From: Naegleria gruberi
Lineage: Eukaryota
DNA length: 1,728 bases
Assembly: GCA_000004985.1 (NCBI GenBank)
Contig: GG739336.1
Reading direction: 5' to 3' (one strand)
Position numbers and translations under genes: made by a program. This document shows positions 1 through 1,728 of the stretch, one piece after another. Every line of letters starts with the position of its first letter. Positions within the stretch are counted from its first letter, which is position 1. Below the pieces are notes generated by a model. That model was not told the DNA's origin. It searched no databases and worked only from the letters and a program-made list of their open reading frames with translations.

Positions 1-1
1 T

Positions 2-880
2 GAGGATCCCCCATCCACTTTCTACAATGAATTGAGAGTTGCTCCAGAAGAACATCCAGTCTTGTTGACTGAAGCTCCTTTGAATCCAAAGGCCAACAGA
101 GAAAAGATGACTCAAATCATGTTTGAAACCTTCTCAGTTCCAGCAATGTATGTTGCTATTCAAGCTGTCTTGTCCTTGTATGCTTCTGGTAGAACTACTG
201 GTATTGTTTTGGACTCTGGTGATGGTGTCTCTCACACTGTTCCAATTTATGAAGGTTATGCTTTGCCACACGCCATTTTGAGATTGGATTTGGCTGGTCG
301 TGACTTGACTGATTATTTGATGAAGATTTTGATGGAAAGAGGTTACTCATTCAATACTACTGCTGAAAGAGAAATTGTCAGAGATATTAAGGAAAAGCTC
401 TGTTATATTGCTTTGGACTTTGAAGCTGAAATGAAGGTTGCTGCTGAATCATCCTCTGTTGAAAAGTCATACGAATTGCCAGATGGTAATGTCATTACTG
501 TTGGTAATGAAAGATTCAGATGTCCAGAAGTCTTGTTCCAACCTAATTTCATTGGTATGGAAGCTGCTGGTGTTCATGAAACTACTTTCAATTCAATTGG
601 TAAATGTGATATTGATATCAGAAAGGACTTGTATGGTAACGTTGTCTTGTCTGGTGGTACTACTATGTTCGAAGGTATTGCTGAAAGAATGACCAAGGAA
701 TTGACTGCTATGGCTCCTGCCTCAATGAAGATTAAGGTTGTTGCTCCACCAGAAAGAAAGTACTCTGTCTGGATTGGTGGTTCCATCTTAGCGAGCCTTT
801 CGACCTTTCAGCAGATGTGGATAACAAAAGAGGAATACGAAGATGCCGGTCCAGGTATTGTCCACAGAAAGTGTTTCTAA
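2..880 (+). CDS. Actin, 5'-partial (window begins inside the gene). The in-frame translation from nt 17 ([39 protein letters not shown]...) through the C-terminal ...[38 protein letters not shown] aligns with conventional actin from about residue 89 to residue 375; the track ORF 32..880 begins at Leu94. Nucleotides 2-16 stay in frame but encode EDPPS where actin has the conserved KIWHH.
   Basis: Seen in sequence: a continuous 282-codon ORF ending at TAA 878-880. It carries near-complete actin hallmarks ([111 protein letters not shown]). Codon usage is almost entirely the yeast high-expression set (TTG Leu, AGA Arg, GGT Gly, GTT Val, GCT Ala, CAA Gln, GAA Glu, AAG Lys). No GT...AG intron interrupts the frame in the covered region. 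The gene symbol is left blank because the divergence makes it unclear whether this is the canonical housekeeping actin or a paralogue. Confidence 0.93.
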
Positions 881-1016
881 TTATTTTATTCGAAACATGT
901 TAATATTTAGATTGAGTGTAGTTCAATAACTACAATCAAGTTTGATGATATTTCTTTTTATTAAGAAGTTCTTTGCGAGTTTGTAAATGTAAAATAATAA
1001 TTGATTTATTAATTGA
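881..1016. terminator. A 136-bp AT-rich convergent intergenic spacer that must hold the 3' UTRs, poly(A) and termination signals of both genes. It contains yeast-type efficiency/positioning-like elements (TTATTTTATT 881-890, TAATAT 901-906, CAATAA 924-929, AAATAATAAT 992-1001, and TTTATT/AATAAA on the minus strand near 1005-1010).
   Basis: Seen in sequence: the region between the two stop codons is about 80% A+T and rich in TA/AATAA-type motifs. Yeast 3'-end formation uses degenerate UA-rich efficiency elements and A-rich positioning elements (established knowledge). Exact cleavage sites cannot be read from the sequence. Confidence 0.5.
917..934. other. Small perfect hairpin in the actin 3' UTR: TGTAGTT-CAAT-AACTACA (7-bp stem, 4-nt loop).
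   Basis: Seen in sequence: 917-923 is the reverse complement of 928-934. The element is short and in AT-rich DNA, so it may be chance. Confidence 0.25.
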
Positions 1017-1728
1017 TTACTTGGAGTGTTTCTTTTTCGATTCTTTCTTGGAAACTTTTTTCTTACTGACCTTTTTCTTCTTGCTATCAGTTTCCGAAGA
1101 AGAATCATCACTGTCTGACTCGACATGTTTCCTCTTGTTGTTTTTCACCTTCTTACTAGATTTCTTGGCCTTCTTGTTTGCTGAGCTAATTGCTTCACCA
1201 AGCTCTTTTTGGTGGGCGTTGGCAATTGTTTGTCTTGTCCTTTGTTTAGACTCATTCTTTGCCAAACGCAGCTCTTGTTGTCTTGTTGTAATGGCTTCTG
1301 AAATGTCTTGAGGAATTGAATTTAAAGATATGGTTTTGAGTAATAATTTTAAAATACCATTATTCTTCTCAGTGTTGTCAAAGGTAACATATTTACCTGC
1401 CAGCTCGTGCAAACTCTCTTCAGTCAATGTCAGTAATCCCCTAGCTAATGATTGTCTGGCTTCTGAATCGTGCTTAATGTACACACCTCCATACTCTTCT
1501 AAAAAACCATCTATACCTTGAATCTGTTCTAATTGCTTTCTCACTTCAAGAGTTCTGAAAAGCATATAACGATTTTTCATGAAATAACAGCGAGACTTAA
1601 TCTCGACCTCTGCATATCCACCGACAATAGGTTTCCCATGTGGTTCAAAACCATTCTCTCCTTTTTTGTATTCAACCATTTCATACTCTGACGAGGAGTG
1701 AACCTTTAATTCCATGTATCTTTCTGGA
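1017..1728 (-). CDS. Hypothetical nuclear/nucleolar-type protein of at least 232 aa. It has a structured N-terminal region of about 145 aa, a predicted helical/coiled middle (ITTRQQELRLAKNESKQRTRQTIANAHQKELGEAISS), and a lysine-rich, Ser/Asp-punctuated C-terminal tail (NKKAKKSSKKVKNNKRKHVESDSDDSSSETDSKKKKVSKKKVSKKESKKKHSK). The first ATG is at 1713-1715, but the frame (…SRKI-MELKV…) stays open to the window edge at 1728, so the true start may lie upstream of the window. Stop codon TAA (revcomp of 1017-1019).
   Basis: Seen in sequence: a 699-nt ORF on the minus strand with no in-frame stop between 1715 and the window end, convergent with the actin gene. The composition is protein-like and distinct from the AT-rich spacer. 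Codon usage is yeast-like but less biased than actin (mixed AAA/AAG, TTA/TTG). The C-terminus has basic NLS-like runs flanking an acidic serine cluster (SDSDDSSSETDS) that fits the casein-kinase-2 consensus S/T-x-x-D/E. Family assignment is inference only; I see no confident match to HMG-box, SRP14, Rpa34 or Loc1 sequences that I can recall. Confidence 0.7.
   Translation of the reverse strand, partial: PERYMELKVHSSSEYEMVEYKKGENGFEPHGKPIVGGYAEVEIKSRCYFMKNRYMLFRTLEVRKQLEQIQGIDGFLEEYGGVYIKHDSEARQSLARGLLTLTEESLHELAGKYVTFDNTEKNNGILKLLLKTISLNSIPQDISEAITTRQQELRLAKNESKQRTRQTIANAHQKELGEAISSANKKAKKSSKKVKNNKRKHVESDSDDSSSETDSKKKKVSKKKVSKKESKKKHSK
1021..1140 (-). repeat. Low-complexity purine-rich (minus-strand) coding repeat for the K/S-rich tail. 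It includes an internal near-tandem duplication KKKVSKK / KVSKK (aag aag aaa aag gtc agt aag aaa aaa gtt tcc aag aaa).
   Basis: Seen in sequence: the plus strand reads as pyrimidine-rich runs (ttctttttcgattctttcttggaaacttttttcttactgacctttttcttcttgc...), that is AAG/AAA/TCx codon iterations on the coding strand. Confidence 0.5.

Noticed and set aside
1-16. Possibility that nt 1-16 are the 3' end of an intron, with the exon resuming at TFYNE
   Set aside because: There is no AG acceptor dinucleotide immediately before the point where the actin frame and identity resume (nt 15-16 are CC). There is also no polypyrimidine tract or branch-point-like motif. A 1-bp indel, sequence error or cloning-junction explanation fits better.
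438-692. 84-aa + strand ORF and the 70-aa - strand ORF (574..786) inside the actin gene
   Set aside because: Both are embedded in alternative frames of an unambiguous actin CDS. The hydrophobic, low-complexity translations are typical of out-of-frame reading of a codon-biased gene.
923-1126. 67-aa ORF on the - strand (MSSQTVMILLRKLIARRKRSVRKKFPRKNRKRNTPSNQ...)
   Set aside because: It is in a different frame from the 232-aa gene and overlaps both that gene's tail and the AT-rich spacer. The basic composition comes from out-of-frame reading of AAG/AAA repeats. It would also require transcription through the spacer that holds the terminators of both real genes.
973-1311. 112-aa ORF on the + strand (MRVCKCKIIIDLLIDYLECFFFDSFLETFFLLTFFFLL...)
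   Set aside because: It lies entirely antisense to the minus-strand K/S-rich gene. Its Phe/Leu-rich low-complexity translation is the expected mirror of AAG/AAA/GAA-rich coding sequence, so it is a shadow ORF.
1330-1521. 63-aa ORF on the + strand
   Set aside because: It is antisense to the better-supported 232-aa minus-strand ORF, is short, and has no recognisable features.
1-1728. Prokaryotic-style novel system (defence island, CRISPR, toxin-antitoxin, mobile element)
   Set aside because: Actin, the eukaryotic codon bias, AT-rich spacers with yeast-type poly(A) motifs and the absence of Shine-Dalgarno or operon organisation all indicate a eukaryotic (yeast-like) nuclear locus. No repeats, spacer arrays, terminal inverted repeats or integrase or transposase remnants are present.
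1017-1728. Assignment of the minus-strand protein to SRP14, the HMG-box family, Rpa34 or Loc1
   Set aside because: The similarity is limited to a lysine-rich tail that many nuclear proteins share and to a coincidental KKG..GFEP tetrapeptide. There is no HMG-box KRPxSAY core motif and no Alu-domain pattern that I can align by eye.

Overview
The window holds two convergent genes from an AT-rich yeast-like eukaryotic genome (Saccharomycotina-style codon usage). (1) On the + strand, a 5'-truncated actin coding sequence runs from the window edge to a TAA stop at 878-880. It covers roughly actin residues 84-375 (the track ORF 32..880 begins at conventional Leu94) and has no introns in the covered part. 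Codon bias is extreme (TTG/AGA/GGT/GTT/CAA/GAA/AAG), typical of a highly expressed yeast gene, but the protein is unusually divergent for an actin, with several changes at normally invariant positions. (2) On the - strand, a lysine/serine/acidic-tailed protein of at least 232 aa has its stop at 1017-1019 and its first ATG at 1713-1715. The reading frame stays open to the window edge at 1728, so the true N-terminus may lie outside the window. I could not place this protein in a named family. A 136-bp AT-rich spacer (881-1016) must contain both 3' ends. Three anomalies are worth checking: a ~45-nt patch of non-preferred codons near the actin C-terminus (788-832; the shift extends to about 847), inside an otherwise strongly codon-optimised gene; a break from the actin consensus in the first 16 nt, with a GGATCC site and an apparent 1-bp deletion; and the unknown nuclear-type protein itself. 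I see no prokaryotic-style system (CRISPR, toxin-antitoxin, defence island). The other ORFs in the track are shadow ORFs of the two real genes.
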